IMG/VR virus record: IMGVR_UViG_3300005805_000291
Span: 1 to 31,703 of that record
From: a virus
Taxonomy: Duplodnaviria; Caudoviricetes
Direction: 5' to 3' (one strand)
Length of the DNA stretch: 31,703 nt
In this document: positions 1 through 12,043 of the stretch, piece after piece
Layout of the letters: every line of letters begins with the position of its first letter
Numbering within the stretch: the first letter of the stretch is position 1
The notes under the pieces: generated by a model
What the model was told of the DNA's origin: nothing
The model's input: only the letters and a program-made list of their open reading frames with translations
The model's database searches: none
Made by a program: the position numbers and the translations under genes

Positions 1-1
1 G

Positions 2-3000
2 GTCAATGATGATGATAATGTCCGATTTGCCGGATTGTCCGTGGTTGATTCTGGCTCTGCTTCACCCGCAACCGCCTCTATCTTCTGGGATAGTCTTCAA
101 CACCGCTTTATTTATGAAAACTTAAGTGGTAGTAGTTACAATTCTGCAATCTTGATGGCAGGTCCAAAGAATACTGGATCACTCGGTGATGAAGTAGGAC
201 TGACCACAGGATATATTCCATATGCAACGGGTGGGGACCATATTGACAATTCCGTAATGTTCCAAAATGGTAGTAATATAGGTATCGGCTCTACAGTTCC
301 AGAAACCAAGTTAGATGTTGCTGGTATAGTTCGTTCATTACATAGCACTGATGTCGGAACAATTTATTTGGGCAAAACAACAGGAACGGGTTATGTTGCT
401 GCAGCAATAGTTGCTAACACATCAACTATCTACAATCCTTTAGGTAGATTATCATTCAGATTACCAACTCACGGTGCTAATACTGATTATGGTTTAACTG
501 AACAGGCATTTTTTGAAGGAACTGGACCGGATTCTAAGGGTGCAATTAAATTTGTATTACTACCAAATGGTGGCAACGTTGGTATCGGTATAACAAATCC
601 TGGCTATCTTTTACATATATCCGGTTCTGGGGATGTGCAACAACGAATAGGTTCTTCTGGAACTGATGCGGGATTAAGTTTAATTAGTAATAATGGTGGT
701 AGACAGTATGTATTATATTCTGGTGGAACGAGTAGTGGAATTGGGGTAGGCAATTTTGCAATTTATGATGCTACCGCAGGTGTTGCACGATTAACTATTA
801 GTGGGTCAGGTAATATTGGTATCGGGACGGCAAGTCCATCTCAAGCACTACACGTTTATCGAAGCGGTGCAGACGCCCAAGTGTTGATTGAAAGCACCGT
901 CAATTACGCGACGACGGCATATAAGAACTCGGCATTTACATCATATGTTGGTGTTGATGCTACAGGAATGTACCTTGACAGTGGCACTAGCGCACCACTT
1001 CGATTGCTAACGGCTGGTTCACAACGTGTTCACATTTCTTCAACTGGGAACGTTGGTATTGGTGCAGAAAGTTATGGAAAAAAGTTTGAGGTGCGCGGTG
1101 CGGCATTAAGCGCCGACCAAGTTGTCAAGTTGTATGCTCTTGAACCAAGTATAAGTTTTGGCTTTTTTGGCAGTGGTGCAACTCCCGTTACAGCGGAGTT
1201 GGCGCGTGTTGAGGCAATTGACGTATCTGGAAACAAAGGTGCATTGCTTTTCTATACGCAGGGTGGAAGTGCAACCGCTGCCGCCACCGAACGCGCACGG
1301 ATTGATGCTAATGGTAACCTCGGCCTCGGGGTGACGCCGAGTGCGTGGAACAGCGTGTATCGGTCAATGCAACTCGGCAAAGGCGCGTCGATTTCAGGAC
1401 GAAGCGATGATAATTCGTGGGTCGAGTTGCTCTCAAACGCATATCGCGCTTCAAGTGGTAATTGGACTTACCTGAACAACGATTACGCTACCGCCTACCG
1501 CATGAGCGTGGGTCAGCATCAATTCTACACCGCCGCCTCTGGCTCCGCCGGAAACACCATCACATTCACGCAAGCGATGACGCTTGATGCAAATGCGCGA
1601 TTGGGCGTCAATACTGGAAACACTTCTCTTAGTTACAGGTTTACTGCGGCAGGTACACAAAACAACAACGATATTGTCAGCTATAATACGACCACAGGAG
1701 CAATGGCGTATTTGAGTATTAACGATTCGTATGCTCAAGTTGGAACACAAAGTAGCTATTCACTTGCGTTTATTACCAGCAACCTTGTACGCGCTAGTAT
1801 CAATGCAGATGGTCGAATGAGCATTGGTAGCAGCTCTACTATCAGTGACGTTCATCTTGTAAACATTCAAGGGTCATCCGCCACTCATAATGTCGGTATC
1901 ATTTTAAATAAAACAAACGCCACCGCACAAATTTGGGGAATAACCAATTCCGGTCCTTTAACCGTATACAACTATACATTATCAAGTGAAGCATTACGAA
2001 TTACGGCAGCAAACAATGTAGGTATCGGCACAACAAATCCAGCAAATCGTTTACATGTTATTGGTGCAAACACAGCAGCACGTGGACAATTAACCGTAGT
2101 AGGTGATAGTGCCGATGCACGTATTTCGTTATATCGTGACTCAACATTTCATATGGGTATTTCGGCGGGTAGCAGTGATTCATACATTGGAACGGAAAGT
2201 AACACACCGTTTAGGTTGTTGACTAACGGATCTGAAAAAGTTCGAATTGCGGCGGCAGGTAACGTAGGTATTGGAATAACTACTCCATCAATGAAATTAT
2301 CACTTGGTAGTGATGTGGGTCGTAAATTTATGGTGTATGATGATGGGGGTGGAGCAAATGAAATTGGCGGAGGTATGGGTGTAGACCTAGGTGGGTTCTC
2401 TGCAGAAACATCAATTTTCTTTGGTAATTATGGTGGTAATGGTCGTTTATCAATTGGAGCATGGACATCTTCACAAACCTATAGCACAAAAATTACAGTT
2501 TTGGCAAATGGTAACGTTGGTATCAGCACGACAAATCCTGAACAATTATTGCATGTATATACAACTACAGCAAATGATAGTGGTGGACACATCAAATATG
2601 AAAACGCTAATACAGGTACAGGTGCAGCAACCAATGCACAAATAATTGGTAAATCCAAATACGGTACCTTACAATATATGGTATGGGAAAATTATGGTGC
2701 TCGTATAGGTATGCGCAGCACTGCTAATAGTGGTGCAGGCGACCTTTATTTTACAGCAGGAACAGATTCCGCTGTAGTAATAATGAAAGCTGGCGGTAGC
2801 GTCGGTATCGGCACAACAAATCCATCTACATTTAAATTACAAGTTAACGGCGCAGTAGGACCAAACGCAGATAACAGCTACGATTTAGGATCATCGTCAC
2901 TTCGTTGGGCAAACATTTATACCGCCGACTTACAATTATCTAATGAAGGAGCACAAAACGATATTGATGGTACGTGGGGTAAATGGACTATTCAAGAAGG

Positions 3001-3073
3001 AGAACATAATTTATTCTTGATTAATAGACGAACGAATAAAAAGTATAAGTTTACACTAGAGGAAATACAATAA
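2..3073 (+). CDS. Long modular tail fibre protein, 5'-truncated by the window edge
   Basis: The frame is open from base 2 (VNDDDNVRFAGLSVVDSGS...), so the TTG at 35 is not the true start. About 11 copies of a GN(V/I)GIGTTNP-type junction motif separate 70-100 aa beta-rich modules. The C-terminus YDLGSSSLRWANIYTADLQLSNEG...DGTWGKWTIQEGE...KKYKF is typical of aquatic phage fibres. A fibre chaperone gene follows two genes downstream. Confidence 0.88.
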   Translation, partial: VNDDDNVRFAGLSVVDSGSASPATASIFWDSLQHRFIYENLSGSSYNSAILMAGPKNTGSLGDEVGLTTGYIPYATGGDHIDNSVMFQNGSNIGIGSTVPETKLDVAGIVRSLHSTDVGTIYLGKTTGTGYVAAAIVANTSTIYNPLGRLSFRLPTHGANTDYGLTEQAFFEGTGPDSKGAIKFVLLPNGGNVGIGITNPGYLLHISGSGDVQQRIGSSGTDAGLSLISNNGGRQYVLYSGGTSSGIGVGNFAIYDATAGVARLTISGSGNIGIGTASPSQALHVYRSGADAQVLIESTVNYATTAYKNSAFTSYVGVDATGMYLDSGTSAPLRLLTAGSQRVHISSTGNVGIGAESYGKKFEVRGAALSADQVVKLYALEPSISFGFFGSGATPVTAELARVEAIDVSGNKGALLFYTQGGSATAAATERARIDANGNLGLGVTPSAWNSVYRSMQLGKGASISGRSDDNSWVELLSNAYRASSGNWTYLNNDYATAYRMSVGQHQFYTAASGSAGNTITFTQAMTLDANARLGVNTGNTSLSYRFTAAGTQNNNDIVSYNTTTGAMAYLSINDSYAQVGTQSSYSLAFITSNLVRASINADGRMSIGSSSTISDVHLVNIQGSSATHNVGIILNKTNATAQIWGITNSGPLTVYNYTLSSEALRITAANNVGIGTTNPANRLHVIGANTAARGQLTVVGDSADARISLYRDSTFHMGISAGSSDSYIGTESNTPFRLLTNGSEKVRIAAAGNVGIGITTPSMKLSLGSDVGRKFMVYDDGGGANEIGGGMGVDLGGFSAETSIFFGNYGGNGRLSIGAWTSSQTYSTKITVLANGNVGISTTNPEQLLHVYTTTANDSGGHIKYENANTGTGAATNAQIIGKSKYGTLQYMVWENYGARIGMRSTANSGAGDLYFTAGTDSAVVIMKAGGSVGIGTTNPSTFKLQVNGAVGPNADNSYDLGSSSLRWANIYTADLQLSNEGAQNDIDGTWGKWTIQEGEHNLFLINRRTNKKYKFTLEEIQ

Positions 3074-3074
3074 T

Positions 3075-3518
3075 ATGTCAATATATCAAAGAACTGTATC
3101 TGATAGTACCACAATTAATGCCATAACTACCACCCATATGATGGTACATTTAGGAGAATTTACACTCCGAGATGGGAACCAATATCTACATTTAAAAACA
3201 GATATTACAACGGATATGATGATGTTTTTTTATGCATGGGGGTATTTGTATAATAGTGCGAGTTTGATTGGTTGGGGAGCGTCATATACGTACTCCGGTA
3301 CTTTAATTAATACTAATCTATATAATGTAGGAAGTACGACATTTCATGGAATATACCGAACATCTGCTTCTCCATATAACGTATGTTTACGATTTAACCG
3401 AAATGGTACAGGATATTCTGAAGGTAGAATCAATGTATTTTTTGCCACTCATGGTTTAGGTTCTAGACCTACCGTGGTGGCATTTTCAGAAAATAATAAT
3501 TCAGGTAATTATTACTAA
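3075..3518 (+). CDS. Small fibre-associated protein, possible tip adhesin
   Basis: 147-aa Tyr/Gly/Asn-rich ORF starting 1 nt after the fibre stop and lying between the fibre and its chaperone. Function is inferred from position only. Confidence 0.55.
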   Translation: MSIYQRTVSDSTTINAITTTHMMVHLGEFTLRDGNQYLHLKTDITTDMMMFFYAWGYLYNSASLIGWGASYTYSGTLINTNLYNVGSTTFHGIYRTSASPYNVCLRFNRNGTGYSEGRINVFFATHGLGSRPTVVAFSENNNSGNYY

Positions 3519-3529
3519 TAGGACAATAT

Positions 3530-3874
3530 ATGGAAAATTTTATAGAAATACTTAAAGAAGATGGGTCAATTGATTATATACATAAAGATTATGACCAAAT
3601 CATGGCGGAAGCTATGAATAGACCTAACCATCCCATTCCAGCGGATTTAGCCACATTAACTGACGAAGAAATTCAAGAACTGGTTCGTCAAGATAACAAA
3701 CGATTATTACGTACACAACGGAATGAATTATTAACTAAATGTGATTGGACACAGGGTGCAGATTCACCATTAACACCAGAAAAAAAGGCAGAATGGGCAA
3801 CATATCGTCAACAACTACGAGATTTACTTGATACCTATGATTATACGAACGTAGTTTGGCCGACTCCTCCGTAA
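3530..3874 (+). CDS. Phage tail fibre assembly chaperone (Phage_tail_APC-like)
   Basis: Motif LRTQRNELLTKCDWTQGADSPL...EWATYRQQLRDL...VVWPTPP; AGGA ribosome-binding site upstream. Confidence 0.85.
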   Translation: MENFIEILKEDGSIDYIHKDYDQIMAEAMNRPNHPIPADLATLTDEEIQELVRQDNKRLLRTQRNELLTKCDWTQGADSPLTPEKKAEWATYRQQLRDLLDTYDYTNVVWPTPP

Positions 3875-3898
3875 TAATAACACTTTTTTAGAACATTT

Positions 3899-4006
3899 AT
3901 GGCAATAAAAGTTTTTGGTCAATATGATGAAGTTCTTCCTGGTAAGGGAAGTGAGTGGTATAATGCTATTTTAGCGGTGAAAACTACCCATCCAAAACCA
4001 GAATAA
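3899..4006 (+). pseudogene. 35-codon ORF, probable remnant of a fibre-accessory gene
   Basis: Translated by hand: MAIKVFGQYDEVLPGKGSEWYNAILAVKTTHPKPE*. The W-x2-AI-x-AVK-x2-(H/Y)PK ending resembles the C-terminus of small phage fibre-associated proteins. Below the ORF-track length cutoff. Confidence 0.45.
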
Positions 4007-4012
4007 TATATC

Positions 4013-4037
4013 TAAATGGGGAGAGATTCCCTATTTA
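4013..4037 (+). terminator. Intergenic hairpin, possible weak terminator or processing site
   Basis: TAAATGGGGA-GAGAT-TCCCTATTTA forms a 10-bp stem with one G-U pair. There is no clean U-tract, and the 3' arm overlaps the TATTTATA motif. Confidence 0.35.
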
Positions 4038-4039
4038 TA
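4032..4039 (+). promoter_or_regulatory. Putative late promoter motif TATTTATA
   Basis: Lies 28 nt before ATG 4068. The same motif precedes the structural genes at 8857, 20205 and 24455. Confidence 0.55.
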
Positions 4040-4067
4040 ATATATCCACCTTTTGATATGGGTACTT

Positions 4068-7000
4068 ATGTCTGGTAATACACGTATACCTGGTAATATA
4101 ATTCGTAGTGGTAGTATCCCCACAACCGCATTAGGTGGTGGGGTGGTTTCCAGTTCCGCACAAACTCTCGCCCACCTTGACGGGCAAGTGGTCAAAACGG
4201 GTGTCATTAGTGCTTCTGGACACATTGTTCCAACTGCAAACGAAGTATATGACTTAGGCAGTGCAACTAATCAATTCCGTGATTTATACCTTTCGGGGTC
4301 CACCATTTATCTTGGGGGACTAAAAATCAGTGAACGAAATGGGGCACTCTCGGTCAAGAAAACTGTTCGGGTCAATGATGCAATTGAACCAGATCCTACT
4401 GATGCTGATACTCCACTTAGTGGCGTATTCTCTGGGTCGTTCTCTGGTAGTGGGACAAACTTAGTTGGGGTCGTATATAATCATCTTAGTTCGGTTCCCC
4501 AAAACATTGTTTCACATTCCGCTCAAGTCAAAGCATTTTTACCAGAAGGTTCAGTATCGCATTCTGCTCAAGTGGTGTACGGACAACTTTCAAACGTTCC
4601 CGCTAATATCGTTTCACACTCCGCACAGGTACGAGAGTTCTTACCAACAGGAACGGTATCGCATTCTGCTCAAGTGGTATACGGTCAACTCTCGAATATT
4701 CCAAGTAATATCGTCTCGCATTCAAATCAAGTAGTAGAGTTTCTCCCAGTAGGCACCGTATCACATTCTGCACAAGTTGTATATGGTCAACTTTCAAACA
4801 TCCCAGAAAACATTGTTTCACATTCAAGCCAAGTAGTAGAGTTCCTCCCCACAGGAACGGTATCACATTCTGCGCAAGTTCAATTAAACACGGTATCGGG
4901 AACCACCTTCGCTGAAGCAGATTATACCTTCCCACAAAACTTAACCGTTGGTGGACGCATTACGGCAGAAGAATTCCACACGGAATATGTGTCCTCATCG
5001 GTTATCTATCGTTCAGGGTCCACTAAGTTCGGTGATAGTGCAGAGGATACACATCAATTCACGGGGTCAGTTTTACTATCCACCGTTGCTATCGGAACAT
5101 TAGAAAATAATATTCTTGTGTTGGGAATGGACGGCTCAGTAAAAAAGCGGTCAGACTTATCATTGACGGGACCACAAGGAGCTCAAGGTACACAAGGTAA
5201 CCAAGGACCAACCGGACCACAAGGCAACCAAGGTCCAACAGGCGCTCAAGGCAACCAAGGTAATCAAGGTCCAACTGGCCCGCAAGGTAACCAAGGCAAT
5301 CAAGGACCAACCGGACCACAAGGTAGTCAAGGACCAACTGGCCCGCAAGGTAACCAAGGCAACCAAGGTCCAACTGGCCCGCAAGGCAATCAAGGTCCAA
5401 CAGGTCAACAAGGAAATACTGGCGCACAAGGTAATCAAGGACCAACTGGACCACAAGGAACTACTGGCGCTCAAGGTTCTACTGGAGCAACGGGTCCAAC
5501 CGGCCCGCAAGGCACCACTGGCGCCCAAGGTTCTACGGGAGCAACAGGTGGTACTGGACCAACTGGACCACAAGGTGTTGCTGGCTCAACTGGTCCAACT
5601 GGTCCTACGGGTTCTACTGGACCGCAGGGAGTAGCAGGACCAACGGGCCCAACTGGAGCAACTGGACCTACAGGACCTACTGGACCTACGGGGCCGGGAA
5701 CAAACTTTGCATCTGATACGAATAGTTCTCAATTATACATTAGAAATAGTAGTCCGACGATTTATCTGAGAGATACGGACCACTATGTTTCTATGATTCA
5801 TCAAAATTCTAATGTATTCTATATTTTACGTGGGACCGCGGATAGCACTACGTGGACTACAAGTGGCGTAAGTGGTTGGCCATTAGAATTGAATGTATCA
5901 AATAACTATGCAACTTTTGGTGGTACGGTATCTGCCCCATATGCAGATATGCGGTCACCCATCTTCTATGATAGTGGTAATACGGGATATTATGTAAATC
6001 CAGACTCCACTACCTATCTGTACAATTTAATCTTAGCTGGAGGAGGGTATTTCCGTCCTCAAAACTGGATTCAACTTGATGGGGGATATGGGTTATATTT
6101 TCCTAACAATTATGGGGGACATTTCTATCCAAATGATGGTTCAACATATACACAATTCCGTATAAATGGAAATAAAAACGGATATGATGGTATTTGGTGT
6201 AGCTACAGTCAAGTAGCCGGTATGATGTATGATAGTGCTGGTAACGGTGGTGTGTATCGGGAAGCTAACGGTCGCTGGTTTTTCTATCATCATGTGGGTA
6301 ATAATTGTATGGGGGTTGGCACATCCAGTACAAGTTCCACCTATGGTGTATATGTAGTCAAGGGTGGATATTTTGATGGGCGTGTTGATGGTACCATCTT
6401 CTATGATGCCAACAACACCGCGTACTATTGTGACCCGAACGGGACGGCACGTTTGTCTTATGTTGTTGCCAACGGTGGCATCAGAATTGATGGTAACGAA
6501 GATTTATATCTAGATTACAATTATGGGTGTTCTATTGTAGGTGTTTATTCTTCATATAGATATCAAGGTGTATTCTCCATGGGCAATTCATATAAGTTGG
6601 CCCGTGATGGAACCACAACAGGAAATCTTTATGGAATGGCATGGTCGCATCCTAATGCAGGAGGTATTGCTGGTAATCTTAATGACCATGGATTATTAGT
6701 GCTTGTAAACGGTAGTTGGGCTGCCTCGTTGACCGGAAGTACACGTGCCCGTGATGATATGCGCGCACCGATTTTCTACGATAATAATAACACAGGATAT
6801 TATTGTGACCCAAATAGTGTATCACAATTTGCGCAGGTATATGCCAATGATTGGTTCCGTGCACAAGGTAGCGTGGGATTATATTTCCAAGATTACGGAT
6901 ATGGATTACGGTCTGCTCACGGTGAAGGAAATTCATACGGTAATGCAACAACATACGGTACTGGAAGAAATGGATGGTCTGGGTGGGGTATCGGGACTCG

Positions 7001-7793
7001 TCACGTATTCATGTCCACCACCGGAGACAACGTTGGCGTACATGATAATAGTCGTGGGTGGATTTGGTATTGGAACGGTTCCAATACTACTTTCGAACAC
7101 GGATATACAGTATTGGGAGGTAGTGCTAGAGCACCTATTTTCTATGATAGTAATGACACAGGATATTACTGTGACCCAGCCAGCACTAGTTACATGTATC
7201 GAACCATCTTCCAAGGACGTATGTTGTTTTACGGAGCTGACCAAAGTTCCGATGGTACGAACGATGCGCAACTCTACTTCACTCCTGGCGGTGGATTGAC
7301 AATTGCTTCCATCACCACATCATTTGAAACTGGGTTCGTGGGTTCTAGCTATCCACAAAATCGTCAAGTTGGTGCTCAAGCCACATATGATAAACGATTC
7401 TATGTCTGGCAAGATTTAGTGCAATATTACTCAGATGAACGATTAAAGGAAAAAACCGGAACATTGAATGGAGCATTAGAAGCCATCAAGTCATGGACAC
7501 CATTCAAGTATGTGGATAATGCCTTGGCAAACAGTTTCAATTTCGGAAGCGGTAAAACACAAATTGGATTGAGTGCCCAGGAAGTAGAAGCATTTTATCC
7601 CGAACTCGTGGAACTGGCACCATTTGACGTAGAAAATGATTTCAGTGATGAAACCAATCCTCGTAGAGTATCCAAGTCAGGCGAAAACTATCTCACCTTG
7701 AATTACACTCGTTTGGTTCCTATTTTGGTGCAAGCCATCAAGGAACAACAAGCAAAAATTGAAGAGCTGGAAAATCGTATAAATAACTCATAA
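4068..7793 (+). CDS. Collagen-like tail fibre with Ser/His repeats, modular head and C-terminal peptidase S74 intramolecular chaperone
   Basis: ATG 4068 (MSGNTRIPG...) is preferred because it aligns with the N-terminus of the 8857 paralog. Contains 4 x 34-aa repeats, 59 Gly-X-Y triplets and four IFYDxxxTxYYxxP motifs. The S74 signature YYSDERLK...IGLSAQEV...[17 protein letters not shown] starts at 7431. Confidence 0.9.
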   Translation: MSGNTRIPGNIIRSGSIPTTALGGGVVSSSAQTLAHLDGQVVKTGVISASGHIVPTANEVYDLGSATNQFRDLYLSGSTIYLGGLKISERNGALSVKKTVRVNDAIEPDPTDADTPLSGVFSGSFSGSGTNLVGVVYNHLSSVPQNIVSHSAQVKAFLPEGSVSHSAQVVYGQLSNVPANIVSHSAQVREFLPTGTVSHSAQVVYGQLSNIPSNIVSHSNQVVEFLPVGTVSHSAQVVYGQLSNIPENIVSHSSQVVEFLPTGTVSHSAQVQLNTVSGTTFAEADYTFPQNLTVGGRITAEEFHTEYVSSSVIYRSGSTKFGDSAEDTHQFTGSVLLSTVAIGTLENNILVLGMDGSVKKRSDLSLTGPQGAQGTQGNQGPTGPQGNQGPTGAQGNQGNQGPTGPQGNQGNQGPTGPQGSQGPTGPQGNQGNQGPTGPQGNQGPTGQQGNTGAQGNQGPTGPQGTTGAQGSTGATGPTGPQGTTGAQGSTGATGGTGPTGPQGVAGSTGPTGPTGSTGPQGVAGPTGPTGATGPTGPTGPTGPGTNFASDTNSSQLYIRNSSPTIYLRDTDHYVSMIHQNSNVFYILRGTADSTTWTTSGVSGWPLELNVSNNYATFGGTVSAPYADMRSPIFYDSGNTGYYVNPDSTTYLYNLILAGGGYFRPQNWIQLDGGYGLYFPNNYGGHFYPNDGSTYTQFRINGNKNGYDGIWCSYSQVAGMMYDSAGNGGVYREANGRWFFYHHVGNNCMGVGTSSTSSTYGVYVVKGGYFDGRVDGTIFYDANNTAYYCDPNGTARLSYVVANGGIRIDGNEDLYLDYNYGCSIVGVYSSYRYQGVFSMGNSYKLARDGTTTGNLYGMAWSHPNAGGIAGNLNDHGLLVLVNGSWAASLTGSTRARDDMRAPIFYDNNNTGYYCDPNSVSQFAQVYANDWFRAQGSVGLYFQDYGYGLRSAHGEGNSYGNATTYGTGRNGWSGWGIGTRHVFMSTTGDNVGVHDNSRGWIWYWNGSNTTFEHGYTVLGGSARAPIFYDSNDTGYYCDPASTSYMYRTIFQGRMLFYGADQSSDGTNDAQLYFTPGGGLTIASITTSFETGFVGSSYPQNRQVGAQATYDKRFYVWQDLVQYYSDERLKEKTGTLNGALEAIKSWTPFKYVDNALANSFNFGSGKTQIGLSAQEVEAFYPELVELAPFDVENDFSDETNPRRVSKSGENYLTLNYTRLVPILVQAIKEQQAKIEELENRINNS
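4473..4880 (+). repeat. Four tandem 102-nt (34-aa) coding repeats, [34 protein letters not shown]
   Basis: Read directly from translation and DNA. Each unit is a 19-aa plus a 15-aa subunit, both ending VSHS(A/N/S)QV. Confidence 0.95.
5169..5699 (+). repeat. Collagen-like repeat, 59 uninterrupted Gly-X-Y triplets
   Basis: [18 protein letters not shown] triplets; no charged residues; Pro occurs only at the X position. Confidence 0.97.
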
Positions 7794-7832
7794 CTCTCAA
7801 ACAGAACCAGATAACCTGGTAGGAGAAACACA

Positions 7833-8207
7833 ATGGCAATTACATACACATGGGAAATCACCAATCTTCGGAAGGCACCACAACTTGACGGAATGCAAAA
7901 TGTATTGGTGCATGTACGTTGGAAGAAAATCGGTACGGATGAAAATGGCACCACAGGTGAATTTCAAGGCGCCACACCATTATCAGCACCACAAGCCGAA
8001 GGATTCACCGCCTATGAAGATTTAACCAAAGAACAAGTGTTGGGATGGGTTCAAGCCGTGGTTGTAGGAACATATGAACAACACGTGAACGAACAAATTC
8101 AAAAGCAAATCACCAAGAAGAATGACCCATGGGCAGATGTTGATACTGCTCCTTGGGGACAAAATCTTAGTGGTCCAACACCCACACCAGGACCAGCAGC
8201 AGAATAA
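7833..8207 (+). CDS. Conserved phage fibre-associated hypothetical protein (DUF7936-like)
   Basis: MAITYTWEI...NVLVHVRW...FTAYEDLTKEQVLGWV pattern, recalled as common next to aquatic phage fibres; AGGAG ribosome-binding site. Confidence 0.65.
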   Translation: MAITYTWEITNLRKAPQLDGMQNVLVHVRWKKIGTDENGTTGEFQGATPLSAPQAEGFTAYEDLTKEQVLGWVQAVVVGTYEQHVNEQIQKQITKKNDPWADVDTAPWGQNLSGPTPTPGPAAE

Positions 8208-8237
8208 CTTATATATTATATAATATTTTTAATGGTC

Positions 8238-8266
8238 TTGACATAAATTAACAATAACCTTATACT
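8238..8266 (+). promoter_or_regulatory. Sigma70-type promoter TTGACA-N17-TATACT
   Basis: TTGACA 8238-8243, 17-nt spacer, TATACT 8261-8266; AT-rich upstream; GGAGG ribosome-binding site before ATG 8312. Confidence 0.8.
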
Positions 8267-8311
8267 TATAGATAAGGTATATACCAACTTTATTATTTTT
8301 GGAGGTTACAA

Positions 8312-8743
8312 ATGCAGTTAACGAATTTACAGGTTTTGAATGTATTACAAGCATTAAACAAACTCGGTCAAGAAAAGCTCCCAATCAGATTATCGTGGAA
8401 GGTTACCACTGCGGTTCGTGAGCTTGAAGCTTTTGCAAAGGCAGTAGACGAACCAATGAAGGAAATTCGCATGAAGTATGCAAATCGTGACCATCTAGGT
8501 GCGTTGGTTGAAGCAACGGATGAGAATGGTAATGCAATCCCAAATACCATTACGATTCCAAATGATAAGATTGAATTGGTCAACAAAGAACTTGACGAAT
8601 TACTCACCCAAGAAGTAGAAGTCAAGAACGTGACCTTCAAGCTATCTGACTTCCCAGACTCATTAGAATTAGAACCAGCTGTATTAAACGCACTATATCC
8701 CGTTATGGTGGATGAACCTGCTACCGAATTAAAGCTCGTATAA
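8312..8743 (+). CDS. Helical phage protein, DUF1617-like
   Basis: 143 aa with strong GGAGG site. The KLPIRLSWKV...EL...EIRMKYA...ELDELLTQEVEV pattern resembles DUF1617-type phage proteins (from memory). Confidence 0.55.
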   Translation: MQLTNLQVLNVLQALNKLGQEKLPIRLSWKVTTAVRELEAFAKAVDEPMKEIRMKYANRDHLGALVEATDENGNAIPNTITIPNDKIELVNKELDELLTQEVEVKNVTFKLSDFPDSLELEPAVLNALYPVMVDEPATELKLV

Positions 8744-8755
8744 TTCATATAAAAT

Positions 8756-8793
8756 AACAGAAAAGGCACGCTATTTGGCGTGTCTTTTTTGTT
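8756..8793 (+). terminator. Rho-independent terminator, potentially bidirectional
   Basis: AACAGAAAA-GGCACGC-TATTTG-GCGTGTC-TTTTTTGTT: GC stem followed by a T-tract and preceded by an A-tract, just after the stop at 8743. Confidence 0.85.
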
Positions 8794-8809
8794 TCTTGGG
8801 TAATAAATT

Positions 8810-11078
<2,269 letters not shown>

Positions 11079-11109
11079 AATTAGGTTACAATTAAGTAAA
11101 GGATATTTG

Positions 11110-12030
11110 ATGAAAAAGTTTTGTATAGCTACATTGACTCATGATGCCCCACAACGAGCAAACTTTCTACAGTTAACAGTAGAATCGTTGATGTCATCTA
11201 CCTCGGTACCATCGGTGGATTGGTATGTTCACTCGAATGGAAAAAACACAGAAATTGTTAACACCGTAGATACATTAAAAACGCAATATCCATCCGTTAA
11301 TTTTATATTCACATACTCAGATAAGAATATGGGAGTTGGGGCAGGTATAAATGCCCTCAACTCCCATTTGCTTGATTACGAGTATGTTTTATTTTTAGAA
11401 GGCGATTGGATAACACTTCCAGAACATATTTCTGGTCACACAGATTGGATTAATAGTTGTATTCAATATTTAGATACCAATACAAACATAGACCAAATAT
11501 TATTACGTAGATATATTAGTGATGTAGATGATAGACAATACGGGTACGGATATTGGATAAACGAAAATAATATTAAAAAGATTAATACAACAAATAATAT
11601 TTTCTTGGATTTGGTGAAGAAAGAATATACAAATAATCCGCATATACGTCGAAACAAAAAATATTATGAAGTTGGTATATTTCCATTAAATGAATTTTAT
11701 GATGAAGATGGAAATCCAACTGAATTGAAACATATGAAAGATTGGGGACAGGCCGAAATACAAGCAGAATCAAAAGGCGAATCACTTGGGTCTACTTATT
11801 TAATGTTTGGAAATATGGTACACTGTGATATGTGGGAATATGGATTAGACTGGCAACGTTTATCAAACCTAATTACAGGATGTGACAAATATGATGTTAG
11901 AGGGGCAAGTAAATGTAAATATGGGTACTTGTTCCCTCCTGAAAGATTCTGTCAAGTCTGTGACCATAATAAAAACTTTACTGGTTTAGAGTTACACGAT
12001 AGAAAATATATAGATACATTTTTCCGATAA
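11110..12030 (+). CDS. GT-A fold (GT2-like) glycosyltransferase with Cys-rich C-terminus
   Basis: N-terminal hydrophobic strand FCIATLTH, then SDKNMGVGAGIN...YEYVLFLEGDW (DxD-equivalent) and YTNNPHIRR; Cys cluster including CQVC at the end. Confidence 0.7.
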   Translation: MKKFCIATLTHDAPQRANFLQLTVESLMSSTSVPSVDWYVHSNGKNTEIVNTVDTLKTQYPSVNFIFTYSDKNMGVGAGINALNSHLLDYEYVLFLEGDWITLPEHISGHTDWINSCIQYLDTNTNIDQILLRRYISDVDDRQYGYGYWINENNIKKINTTNNIFLDLVKKEYTNNPHIRRNKKYYEVGIFPLNEFYDEDGNPTELKHMKDWGQAEIQAESKGESLGSTYLMFGNMVHCDMWEYGLDWQRLSNLITGCDKYDVRGASKCKYGYLFPPERFCQVCDHNKNFTGLELHDRKYIDTFFR

Positions 12031-12043
12031 TCTGGAGAGTTAT

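Noticed and set aside
5089-5573. Reverse-strand ORFs (121 and 137 aa) over the first collagen repeat
   Set aside because: Shadow ORFs produced by the stop-poor Gly-X-Y repeat; repetitive translations with no independent signals.
4473-5699. Tandem DNA repeats considered as a CRISPR array
   Set aside because: The units are degenerate at third codon positions, in frame, and lack unique spacers; they are coding repeats and no cas genes are present.
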